The notes under the pieces are model-generated. The model saw only the letters and a list, made by a program, of their open reading frames with translations. It was not told the origin of the DNA and made no database searches. A DNA stretch of 43,032 nt, taken from NCBI GenBank assembly GCA_046757205.1, contig JBHHXR010000001.1, positions 1 to 43,032 on the forward strand. Reading direction: 5' to 3'. This stretch comes from Paracoccaceae bacterium. GTDB lineage: Bacteria; Pseudomonadota; Alphaproteobacteria; Rhodobacterales; Rhodobacteraceae. Below are positions 25,790 through 34,263 of this stretch, piece by piece (the stretch's first letter is position 1; every line of letters starts with the position of its first letter). The position numbers and the translations under genes were made by a program.

Positions 25790-28730
25790 GCAGACGCTCC
25801 CCTTCCGGATCGAGGAAATGCGGCGAGACGATTTCCACCTCGACATCCTTGCCGCGCACAGGATCGACGGCACGGACGGTCTCGCCGATGCGCTCGTGCC
25901 CACGCCGGATGAAGCCCAGACCGATAGAGTGGCCGAGCGACGGCGAGTAGGCGACCGACGACATCCAGCCCTCGTCGTTGGCGGTGACCGGTTCGCTGCC
26001 CCTGGCGACGAAATGCGCCCCGGCGGTGAGGCTTTCCTCGCGGTTCGCCGGAACGAAACCGACCAGCCGCAGCGCGTCCTCGCGGTTCATCTCCGGGCGC
26101 TCGGACAGGATGTTTCCAATACAGTCTTTCTTTTTCGAAACCATCCGGCCGAGCCCGAGATTGAGCGCCGTGGTCTGGCCGTTCAGCTCGTTGCCCGCCG
26201 CGTGGCCCTTTTCGATGCGCATGACGCCGAGCGCCTCGGTGCCGTAGGCGACGGCGTCGAATTCCTCGCCCGCCTGCATCAGCACATGCATCATGGAATT
26301 GCCGTAGCGCGTGGGAACGGCGACCTCGAAGGCCAGTTCGCCGGAGAAGGAAATGCGGAAGAGCCGCGCCGGCGTGCCGCCGCAGACGGTGACCTCGCCG
26401 CAGGCCATGAACGGGAGGGCCTGGTTGGAGATGTCGTGGGCCGGATCGATGATCTTCTGCAGCAGCGCGCGGGAATTGGGCCCGGCGACGGCGAACTGCG
26501 CCCAGCCGTCGGTGGTCGAGATGAGGTGGACATCAAGCCCCGGCCACAGGCATTGCCGGGCGAATTCCAGGTTGCGGAAGACCAGCACCGCGTTGGCGGT
26601 TGTGGTGGTCATGACGAAGTGGTTCTCCGCCAGCCGCGCGGTGGTGCCATCGTCATAGGCGATGCCGTCCTCGCGCAGCATCAGCCCGTAGCGCACCTTG
26701 CCGACAGGCAGCTTCGCGAAACCGTTGGCGTAAACCTTGTTGAGGAACTCAGCCGCGTCGCGGCCCTGGATGTCGATCTTGCCGAGCGTGGAGACGTCGC
26801 AGATGCCGACCGAGCCGCGGGTCATCGCCACCTCGCGGTCGACGCTCTGGCGCCAGGGCGTCTCGCCCGGGCGCGGGAACCACTGGGCGCGCAGCCAGGT
26901 GCCGGGCTCGACGAAGACGGCGCCGCGTTCCTCGGCCCACCGGTGGGAGGGTGTCAGCCGGGTGGGGCGGAAATCCTTGCCGCGAGAGCGGCCGGCGAAG
27001 GCGCCGATCGGCACCGGCGAATAGGGCGGCCGGAATATGGTGGTGCCGGTTTCGGGTATGGTCTTGCCGGTGATCTCCGCCATGAGGGCGAGGCCGAGCA
27101 CGTTGGCGGTCTTGCCCTGATCGGTGGCCATGCCGAGCGTGGTGTAGCGCTTCAGGTGCTCGACCGAGCGGAAACCCTCCCGGTGCGCCAGTTTCACGTC
27201 CTTTGCCGTCACGTCGTTCTGCAGATCGACCCAGGCGCGGCCCCGTGTTGCGCCCACCTGCCAGAACGGCGTGATGGCGGCGGCTTCGTCTTCGGCCTTC
27301 GGCGCGGTCCACTTCGCCGCCCTGAAACCAAGATCCTTCGCCGCCGTGCGCGCCGCTTCCCGGCCTTCAGCGAGAGCCCCGGCGAGCGTCATCGCGCCGT
27401 TTGCCGAGCCTGCGACGGTCATTCCGGGAGGCAGGGTTTCACCGGGGACGAAGGCGGCGATATCCTCGCGCCACACCGGCCGGCCGCGCAGGTGGCAGGT
27501 CAGATGCACGTTCGGGTTCCAGCCCCCGGAGACGGCGAGACAATCGGCGCCGATGCGCTGGCCGTTGGACAGGGCGATGCCGGTCAGGCCGAGGCGGCCC
27601 GTGGTTCCAACGACCGCACCGCCCATGACGATGGCGGTGCCCGGAAGGGCGGCCGGTGGCGCGATTTCACGGGTGTCGATGACGGCGGCGATTGCGACGC
27701 CCCTGGCGGCCAGGTCGGTGGCGGTCCGCCAGCCGTCGTCGTTGTTGGTGAACACGGCGACGCGCTTGCCCGGCGCCACGCCCCAGCGGTTTGCGTAGGC
27801 CCTCACGGCACCGGCAAGCATGACGCCGGGGCGGTCGTTATTGGCAAACGCGATCGGGCGTTCGGTGGCTCCGGCGCACAGGATCGCGCGTTTCGAATAG
27901 ATGCGCCACAGGACGTGCCGCGGTTTGCCGGCCGCGTCGGCCAGATGATCCGTCCGCCGCTCCAGCGCGCCGTAGATGCCGTGATCGAAGGCGCCGTGCA
28001 CCGTCGTGCGCGGCATCAGCCGGACTTGCTCCGCCGCCGCCAGTTCCGCCGCCGCCTGCGCCGCCCAGTCCGCCGCCGTGCCGCCGGTTATTCCCAGCGT
28101 CTCGGCGTTCAATCTGCCGCCCATGCGGAAATCTTCATCGGCCAGGATCACGCGGGCACCCGACCTCGCGGCCGTCAACGCCGCCGCCAGCCCGGCCGGC
28201 CCAGCACCGATGATCAGCACATCGCAATGCAGGCAGCCCTTGTCGTAGCTGTCGGGGTCGGCTGCGCCCGACAGACGGCCGAGCCCGGCGGAATTGCGGA
28301 TCATCGGCTCATAGAGTTTTTCCCAGAACGCCTTCGGCCACATGAAGGTCTTGTAGTAGAAGCCCGCCGAGAGGAACGGCGACAGAAGGTCGGTCGCCGC
28401 CATGAAATCGAAGGCCAGAGGCCCGCGGTGGTTCTGGCTGTTGGCCTCCAGCCCGTCGAACAACTCGGTGATGGTGGCGCGGGTGTTGGGTTCGCGGTGC
28501 GCGCCCGTTCGCAGTTCGACCAGCGCATTCGGTTCTTCCGATCCGGCGGTGAAGATGCCGCGCGGGCGGTGGTACTTGAACGATCGGCCGACGAGCCTTT
28601 GTCCGTTGGCCAGCAGGGCGGACGCCAGCGTGTCGCCGGGATGGCCCTGCATCGCGGTGCCGTTGAAGGTGAAATTCAGGGTCGCGGCGCGGTCGATCCG
28701 GCCGCCGGCAATGCGGTTGGTCTGGCTCAT
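25782..28730 (-). CDS. soxA: Sarcosine oxidase alpha subunit
   Basis: Contains MSQTNRIAGGRIDRAATLNFTFNGTAMQGHPGDTLASALLANG...FKYHRPRGI, an NAD/FAD fold (DVLIIGAGPAGLAAAL), and a C-terminal aminomethyltransferase-like folate domain. ATG is at 28730. Confidence 0.93.
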   Translation of the reverse strand: MSQTNRIAGGRIDRAATLNFTFNGTAMQGHPGDTLASALLANGQRLVGRSFKYHRPRGIFTAGSEEPNALVELRTGAHREPNTRATITELFDGLEANSQNHRGPLAFDFMAATDLLSPFLSAGFYYKTFMWPKAFWEKLYEPMIRNSAGLGRLSGAADPDSYDKGCLHCDVLIIGAGPAGLAAALTAARSGARVILADEDFRMGGRLNAETLGITGGTAADWAAQAAAELAAAEQVRLMPRTTVHGAFDHGIYGALERRTDHLADAAGKPRHVLWRIYSKRAILCAGATERPIAFANNDRPGVMLAGAVRAYANRWGVAPGKRVAVFTNNDDGWRTATDLAARGVAIAAVIDTREIAPPAALPGTAIVMGGAVVGTTGRLGLTGIALSNGQRIGADCLAVSGGWNPNVHLTCHLRGRPVWREDIAAFVPGETLPPGMTVAGSANGAMTLAGALAEGREAARTAAKDLGFRAAKWTAPKAEDEAAAITPFWQVGATRGRAWVDLQNDVTAKDVKLAHREGFRSVEHLKRYTTLGMATDQGKTANVLGLALMAEITGKTIPETGTTIFRPPYSPVPIGAFAGRSRGKDFRPTRLTPSHRWAEERGAVFVEPGTWLRAQWFPRPGETPWRQSVDREVAMTRGSVGICDVSTLGKIDIQGRDAAEFLNKVYANGFAKLPVGKVRYGLMLREDGIAYDDGTTARLAENHFVMTTTTANAVLVFRNLEFARQCLWPGLDVHLISTTDGWAQFAVAGPNSRALLQKIIDPAHDISNQALPFMACGEVTVCGGTPARLFRISFSGELAFEVAVPTRYGNSMMHVLMQAGEEFDAVAYGTEALGVMRIEKGHAAGNELNGQTTALNLGLGRMVSKKKDCIGNILSERPEMNREDALRLVGFVPANREESLTAGAHFVARGSEPVTANDEGWMSSVAYSPSLGHSIGLGFIRRGHERIGETVRAVDPVRGKDVEVEIVSPHFLDPEGERLRG

Positions 28731-29014
28731 CGGTCGCGCCCCCGGCGAAGCGCCACGTCCCGCGCCAGTTCCACCCGGGTGATCTCGTGGGTCAGCGTGT
28801 TGCGGGTGACCACCAGCCACGACCGGTCGCCCTGCTCGTGATACCACAATTCGCGGTGCGGGCCTGCCGGGTTGTCGCGCAAATAGAGGTATTCGTAGTA
28901 CTTCTCCGCCGCGTTTTCGTCCTGCCAGTCGGGGCGGTCGATGAGCGAGGCGTCGCCCAGACAGACGAATTCGGCGGCATCGCGCGGCCCGAGGAGGGGG
29001 TGGTCGATGATCAT
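28727..29014 (-). CDS. soxD: Sarcosine oxidase delta subunit
   Basis: 95 aa. The motif GPRDAAEFVCLGDA...YLYLRDNPAGPHRELWYH is typical of SoxD. ATGA overlap with soxA. Confidence 0.9.
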   Translation of the reverse strand: MIIDHPLLGPRDAAEFVCLGDASLIDRPDWQDENAAEKYYEYLYLRDNPAGPHRELWYHEQGDRSWLVVTRNTLTHEITRVELARDVALRRGRDR

Positions 29015-29139
29015 GACCGGCCGTCCTTTCCCGCACGGCCCCGGACCCGATCCGGCGCCCCTTGCCGAAACCCGAGGGGTCCCGGCGCGGCGGCCGGGAC
29101 GGTATCAAAATGGGCCGTCGCACGCTTCATTACGCCACC

Positions 29140-30390
29140 TCAGTGCAGGTTCGGCTGGGCGCCGACGCCCTTTTCGTCGATCATCGCGCCGCGCCGGTAG
29201 CGGTCGAGGCGAAACTCGGTGGCGGTCGGGTGCGGCTCGTCCTTGGCCAGCAGATGCGCGTAGCAGTAACCCGAGGCCGGCGTCGCCTTGAAGCCGCCGT
29301 AGCACCAGCCGCCGTTGAAATAGAGCCCGTCGACATGGGTCCTGTCGATAAACGGCGAGCCGTCCATCGACATGTCCACCACCCCGCCCCACATGCGCAG
29401 CAGCCGGGCGCGGCCGATCATCGGCATGATCGCCATGCCGCCCTCGCAGACGTCCTCGACCACCGGCAGATTTCCGCGCTGCGCATAGGTGTTGTAGCCG
29501 TCGATGTCGCCGCCGAACACCAGCCCGCCCTTGTCGGACTGGGAGACGTAGAAATGCCCGGCGCCGAACGTGATGACGCCGGGGATGACCGGCTTCAGCC
29601 CCTCGGTGACGAAAGCCTGCAGCACGTGGCTTTCGATCGGCAGTCGCATGCCGGCCTTCGCCATCACCCGTCCCGACGAGCCGGCGACGCACACCGCCAC
29701 CTTCTTCGCGGCGATATTTCCGCGCGAGGTTTCCACCCCCTTGCAGACGCCGTTTTCGATCCGGAACCCGGTGACTTCGCAGTTCTGGATGATGTCCACG
29801 CCGCGGCTGTCCGCCCCTCTGGCGTAGCCCCAGGCGACGGCGTCGTGGCGCACGGTGCCGCCGCGCTTCTGCAACAGTCCGCCCCTGATCGGGAAGCGGG
29901 CGTTGTCGAAATCGAGAAACGGGCACATCCGCCGGAGCGCGTCCCGGTCGAGCAGTTCCGCGCCGGCCCCGGCGAACCGCATGGCGTTGCCGCGCCGGGC
30001 GAAGGCGTCGCGCTGCGGGTCGGAATGGTACAGGTTGAGGATGCCGCGCTGGCTGACCATGGCGTTGTAGTTGAAATCCTGCTCCAGCCCCTCCCACAGC
30101 TTCATGGAGAATTCGTAGAACGGCTCGTTGCCCGGCAGCATGTAGTTGGAGCGGATGATCGCGGTGTTGCGCCCGACATTGCCCGAGCCGAGCCAGCCCT
30201 TTTCCAGCACCGCCACGTTGGTGACGCCGAACTCCTTCGCCAGGTAATAGGCAGTGGCCAGGCCGTGCCCGCCCGCGCCGACGATGACGATATCGTAGGC
30301 CGGTTTCGGCTCGGGTTCGCGCCAGACCACCTGCCAGCCCTTGTTGCCGGTCAGCCCCTCGCGGAGAATTTTCCAGGCGGAGTAGTGCAT
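29140..30390 (-). CDS. soxB: Sarcosine oxidase beta subunit
   Basis: Contains YDIVIVGAGGHGLATAYYLAKEFGVTNVAVLEKGWLGSGNVGRNTAIIRSNY, the canonical SoxB N-terminus. 416 aa. Confidence 0.93.
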   Translation of the reverse strand: MHYSAWKILREGLTGNKGWQVVWREPEPKPAYDIVIVGAGGHGLATAYYLAKEFGVTNVAVLEKGWLGSGNVGRNTAIIRSNYMLPGNEPFYEFSMKLWEGLEQDFNYNAMVSQRGILNLYHSDPQRDAFARRGNAMRFAGAGAELLDRDALRRMCPFLDFDNARFPIRGGLLQKRGGTVRHDAVAWGYARGADSRGVDIIQNCEVTGFRIENGVCKGVETSRGNIAAKKVAVCVAGSSGRVMAKAGMRLPIESHVLQAFVTEGLKPVIPGVITFGAGHFYVSQSDKGGLVFGGDIDGYNTYAQRGNLPVVEDVCEGGMAIMPMIGRARLLRMWGGVVDMSMDGSPFIDRTHVDGLYFNGGWCYGGFKATPASGYCYAHLLAKDEPHPTATEFRLDRYRRGAMIDEKGVGAQPNLH

Positions 30391-30492
30391 TTCCGGAACC
30401 CCTCGGAAGACGGCAAATGATCGTCACCAAATCCATGATTGCACTTTCACCAAACAGACGCATACATTTCCCCGGTGGACAGGGTGTGGAAA

Positions 30493-31437
30493 ATGTCCGG
30501 CCCGTTCCGGGTCGGGATTCTGTTGATCGACGGGTTTGCCCTGATGTCCTACGCATCGGTGGCGGAACCGCTGCGGGCGGCCAATCTGCTTGCCGGACAG
30601 GAACTCTACGACGTGCGCAACATCGCGGCGCGGGGCGCGCGCGCGGTCAGTTCGGGGGGCGCCGTCGTCGAGGCAACGGCGGAAATCGGCGGCGACGGAG
30701 AGTACGACCTCGTGCTGGTCCTGGCCGGCGGCGACCCGTCGTCATTCACCGGCGAGAGGGTGTTCAACTGGCTGCGGCGGCTGGCGCGCATGGGGGTTGC
30801 GCTCGGCGGCGTGTCCGGCGGGCCGGTGGTGCTTGCGAAGGCCGGCCTGCTGCGCGGGCGGCGCATGACGGTTCACTGGGAACACGCCGCGGCGCTGCTC
30901 GAAACCGTCCCCGGTCTGCGGCTTGAAAGGAGCCTCTATGTCATTGACGGAAAACGGATAACCTGTGCCGGCGGGGTGGCCCCGATGGACCTGATGCACG
31001 CGATCATCGAGACGCATCACGGGCCGGCGTTCGCGCGGCAGGTCAGTGACTGGTTCCTCCATACCGACATCCGGCCGGCGGCCGGGCAACAGCGCGCCGG
31101 GCTGGTCGAGCGGGTGGGCTCCAACGACCGCGCTATTCTCGATACGGTGGAGGCGATGGAAAGCCACGTCGCCGATCCGCTGACGCTGGCGCAACTGGCG
31201 CGCGCGGCGGCGGTCAGCCCGCGCCAGCTCAACCGGGCGTTTCGCGAGAAACTCGGGCGGACGACGATGAAATACTACCGCGACATCCGTCTGGAAGCGG
31301 CGCGGCGGCTGATCCGGAACTCGGCGCTGCCGATGACCGAGATCGCGCTGGCGACCGGTTTTGCCAGTTCTTCGCATCTGTCGAAATCCTACCGCCAACG
31401 GTATGGGCAACCGCCGTCGGCGCTGCGAAGCGGGTGA
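30493..31437 (+). CDS. GlxA-family (DJ-1/PfpI amidotransferase-like domain plus AraC HTH) transcriptional regulator, SouR/GbdR-like
   Basis: The N-terminal FRVGILLIDGFALMSYASVAEPLRAAN and the C-terminal AraC HTH (LTLAQLARAAAVSPRQLNRAFRE...TEIALATGFASSSHLSKSYRQRYGQPPS) support the call. It is divergent from soxB. Confidence 0.85.
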   Translation: MSGPFRVGILLIDGFALMSYASVAEPLRAANLLAGQELYDVRNIAARGARAVSSGGAVVEATAEIGGDGEYDLVLVLAGGDPSSFTGERVFNWLRRLARMGVALGGVSGGPVVLAKAGLLRGRRMTVHWEHAAALLETVPGLRLERSLYVIDGKRITCAGGVAPMDLMHAIIETHHGPAFARQVSDWFLHTDIRPAAGQQRAGLVERVGSNDRAILDTVEAMESHVADPLTLAQLARAAAVSPRQLNRAFREKLGRTTMKYYRDIRLEAARRLIRNSALPMTEIALATGFASSSHLSKSYRQRYGQPPSALRSG

Positions 31438-31450
31438 CGCGTGCGGGCCG

Positions 31451-31470
31451 GCCGCCGCCCCGTCGGCGGC
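31451..31470. terminator. GC-rich hairpin between convergent genes (possible bidirectional terminator)
   Basis: The sequence is GCCGCCG-CCCCGT-CGGCGGC, a 7-bp stem followed by TTCT. It lies between the stops at 31437 and 31480. Confidence 0.3.
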
Positions 31471-31479
31471 TTCTGCCGG

Positions 31480-32262
31480 TCAGATGACCCGGCCCGCGTG
31501 CGCCGCCGCCAGCCGGGCGGCGATCACGTCATAATCCGACGGCGCGAATTTCCTGAAACCGGTTATGCCCAAGGGGCCCGCAATCGCCGGATCGAGGTTG
31601 TTGACGACCTCTTCGACGGCACCCTGCAACCCGGCGAAACCGGTTCCCGCGGCGGCGATCAGCGGCAGGCCGGGGACGGGTGCGCTGAGCGCCACCTGGC
31701 GCAGCGCCCGTGCTTCGGGCTGATGGGTCAATGCGATGCGCCAGGTCACGTAGTCGATGGCGGCTATGTCGGCCCCGCCGGTGGCAACCAGGCGGATCGA
31801 GTTGGCGTGGCTCCCGCTGGGCAGGCTTTGCGAAAAGCACGCCTCGCCGTTGCCGATCGCCGCGGCCTCGTGGGCCATGGAAGCGTAGCCGGACTGCGAA
31901 CTGAGCGAGTTGTAGGCGAAACGGGCCTGCTGGAAATCGGCCAGCGTTTCGCGCCGGTCATCGGCGCGGGCGACGATGACGCTGCGGTATTCGCCGGGGG
32001 CGCAGCCGGGAACACCGTAATCCGGCGTTCCGATCAGGGCGACGCGGTCGCGCAGGACGCTGACATAGGGCAGGCCGCAGGTCTGGCCGAGCGCGAGCGC
32101 GGGGGATTTCCAGGCGCGCTCCGGCTCTATCGAGCGGTCCAGTCGATCCGGCGCGGCCCTGCCCGCCAGCCGCAACGCGTCGCGCAGAACGGACCAGAGG
32201 GCATCGGTCGCGTGCCGCAGTTGCGGCCAGTCGTACATCGGCAGGATGGCGATGGCATTCAA
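31480..32262 (-). CDS. PhnD/SsuA/transferrin-family substrate-binding-fold protein without a signal peptide
   Basis: The N-terminus IAILPMYDWPQLRHATDALW matches the start of this family as I recall it, and there is no hydrophobic leader. TTG 32262 overlaps the desaturase stop (TTGA); the alternative is ATG 32238. Confidence 0.6.
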   Translation of the reverse strand: MNAIAILPMYDWPQLRHATDALWSVLRDALRLAGRAAPDRLDRSIEPERAWKSPALALGQTCGLPYVSVLRDRVALIGTPDYGVPGCAPGEYRSVIVARADDRRETLADFQQARFAYNSLSSQSGYASMAHEAAAIGNGEACFSQSLPSGSHANSIRLVATGGADIAAIDYVTWRIALTHQPEARALRQVALSAPVPGLPLIAAAGTGFAGLQGAVEEVVNNLDPAIAGPLGITGFRKFAPSDYDVIAARLAAAHAGRVI

Positions 32263-33242
32263 AGCGCCGCGCGTTCTTCGTCTTTTCCGGTGGCTTCCCG
32301 GATACCATGGGCCACGCGGCCGCGCCACAGCGGGTGCGGAACCGGGTCCTTGGCGGCAAGGAAATACTGTTTGAAGACGTCATAATACGAGCGGTAGCGG
32401 TAGCCGCCGTTGCGGCGCAGGAACTCCTCGCGGCGGCGGCGGTATTCGGCGGGCAGGCGATACCACGGTGTGTTCGGATGTGCGTGATGTACGGCATGGA
32501 AGTTATTGTTCAGAAATAGAAAAGCGAAAATTCCTCGATCCTCGATCACGACGCTTCTGGCGGCCGCACGCTGATGCGCCCGGTGCTCCAGGAAGGTGCG
32601 GATCTTGACGATGGAAAGCCCGCCATAGGCGGCGGCGAAATAGGCGCCGGGCGGGATCGTGGCGATGGTGGAAAGCCACCAGATTACCGGCAACAGGCCG
32701 GCGAGGTGCAGCAAGTAGTCGCGCAGGATGGCGCGATCGCCGCGGACCACACGGCGTATATCGTCCCTGTACATGATCATCAGCGACAGCGCCGGGCCGA
32801 TCAGCATGCGGCCTAGGAGCGTGTTGTTGAAACGCAGGACAAGGCGGCTGGCCGGCGACAGGCGCTCCCATTTTTCGGGGTCAAGGTAGTTGCTCTCGGG
32901 GTCGTCATGGGGATCGGTCAAGGTCGGGTCGTGGTGATGCGCGAGGTGCAGCGTCCGGAATCGCCCCAGCGGAATGTAGAGGCCGACGGCGGGGAATACG
33001 ATCAGGTCGCTAAGCGTCTGATTCCCAAAAGGATGTCCGTGGACCACCTCGTGCTGCAGGGACGAATGCAGCGCGATGGCGGCGGCAAGCGCGACCGCCG
33101 CCGGTACGGTGCCGGCACCGGCAGGCCAGACCGAAGCCGCGGCCCAGACGGCATAGCACAGGGCGGCAACGAGGAGTGTCGGCCACTCCAGCCGGTGCGG
33201 CGCGCGGGCGGTAACGGAATGTGTCTTTTCCGACAGGGACAT
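32259..33242 (-). CDS. Membrane fatty-acid-desaturase-family di-iron enzyme
   Basis: Three His boxes are present: HEVVHGH, HLAHHH and HAVHHAHP. N-terminal TM helices are also present. Confidence 0.85.
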   Translation of the reverse strand: MSLSEKTHSVTARAPHRLEWPTLLVAALCYAVWAAASVWPAGAGTVPAAVALAAAIALHSSLQHEVVHGHPFGNQTLSDLIVFPAVGLYIPLGRFRTLHLAHHHDPTLTDPHDDPESNYLDPEKWERLSPASRLVLRFNNTLLGRMLIGPALSLMIMYRDDIRRVVRGDRAILRDYLLHLAGLLPVIWWLSTIATIPPGAYFAAAYGGLSIVKIRTFLEHRAHQRAAARSVVIEDRGIFAFLFLNNNFHAVHHAHPNTPWYRLPAEYRRRREEFLRRNGGYRYRSYYDVFKQYFLAAKDPVPHPLWRGRVAHGIREATGKDEERAAL

Positions 33243-33303
33243 AGGGACTCTTCATGCTCGCTGATCACGGAAACGTTATCGACCCGGGCGGGTCAGGACA
33301 ATA

Positions 33304-33360
33304 TAGTGAATCTGTAGTCAATCTTGGAAATTGTAGTGGAAAATTTCGTTTCGTAGTGAA
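33304..33360. promoter_or_regulatory. Four direct TAGTSRA repeats in the AT-rich divergent promoter region (candidate operator array)
   Basis: TAGTGAA at 33304, TAGTCAA at 33315, TAGTGGA at 33334 and TAGTGAA at 33354 (spacings 11, 19 and 20 bp). They lie between the desaturase start (33242) and the XRE regulator start (33409). Confidence 0.4.
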
Positions 33361-33408
33361 TATCCTGCTACCTGCGTGCAACCACTGCAACGGAAACGGC
33401 ACGGATTC

Positions 33409-34257
33409 ATGGACAAACGGGAAATTGCAAAGGCGTTTCGCGGCCGGTTGCGGCGGTTGCTGGAGCAGGAGGAGAACGGGACGGCGCAGTTTCTGCGCGA
33501 CACCGGGCTGGACCGTTCGGCGCTGGGGCAGTTTCTCGACGAGACGCGCGACCGGCTTCCGCGGGCCGAGACGCTGCACCGGATCGCGGCGGCGCGCGGG
33601 GTGTCGGTGGACTGGCTGCTGAACCTGTCGAACGCGCCGGAGGGCCGCCAGCAGGTGACGCCGAGCGTGCAGATAGAGCGTGCGGTTTATCCCGGCGGCG
33701 GCACACCGCTCGATGCCTGGCGTGAAGCGGCGGCGGGCTACAAGCTGCGCTATGTACCGTCGCTTCTGCCCGACATGCTGGGGCTGGCTGACCTGTCGGA
33801 GCCGGAGGCCCGCGCGGAGGCGGAGGCGGCGGCGCGCGGCGCGGCGTCGGAGAACGTGCTGGAAGGCGCGCATCTGGGTGACACGGATATCGAGATCGCC
33901 ATGCCGGTGCAGCGTCTGCAGGACCTGGCGGAGGGCACCGGCTTCTTCCGGCAACTGGGTCCGGATCTGCGGCGGCGCCAGCTTCGGCACATGGCGGCGA
34001 CCTGCGAGGAAACCTACCCGGCGCTGCGGCTGCATCTCTATGACGGCACCGAGGCCTATGCCGCGCCGTTCACGGTGTTCGGGCGGGTGCGGGCGGCAGT
34101 CTATCTGGGCGAGGCCTACATGGTGGTGACCTCGAGCGAGCAGGTGCGGGCGCTGGCGCGGATATTCGACAACCTGGTGCGCCAGGCGGTGGTCGGGCCG
34201 GACCTGGTGCACGAATGGCTGTCGGAACGGGCGCGGGAGGTTGCGCCGGGGCGCTGA
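33409..34257 (+). CDS. XRE-family helix-turn-helix transcriptional regulator with a C-terminal domain of about 200 aa
   Basis: The N-terminal HTH-like segment is FRGRLRRLLEQEENGTAQFLRDTGLDRSALGQFLD...ETLHRIAAARGVSVDWLL. ATG 33409 is preferred over GTG 33376. Confidence 0.7.
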   Translation: MDKREIAKAFRGRLRRLLEQEENGTAQFLRDTGLDRSALGQFLDETRDRLPRAETLHRIAAARGVSVDWLLNLSNAPEGRQQVTPSVQIERAVYPGGGTPLDAWREAAAGYKLRYVPSLLPDMLGLADLSEPEARAEAEAAARGAASENVLEGAHLGDTDIEIAMPVQRLQDLAEGTGFFRQLGPDLRRRQLRHMAATCEETYPALRLHLYDGTEAYAAPFTVFGRVRAAVYLGEAYMVVTSSEQVRALARIFDNLVRQAVVGPDLVHEWLSERAREVAPGR

Positions 34258-34263
34258 GGGTAC
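34115..34263. repeat. Direct repeat copy 1 (149 bp): last 47 codons, stop and 6 nt of the XRE regulator gene
   Basis: A base-by-base comparison shows it is identical to 34992-35140. Confidence 0.97.
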
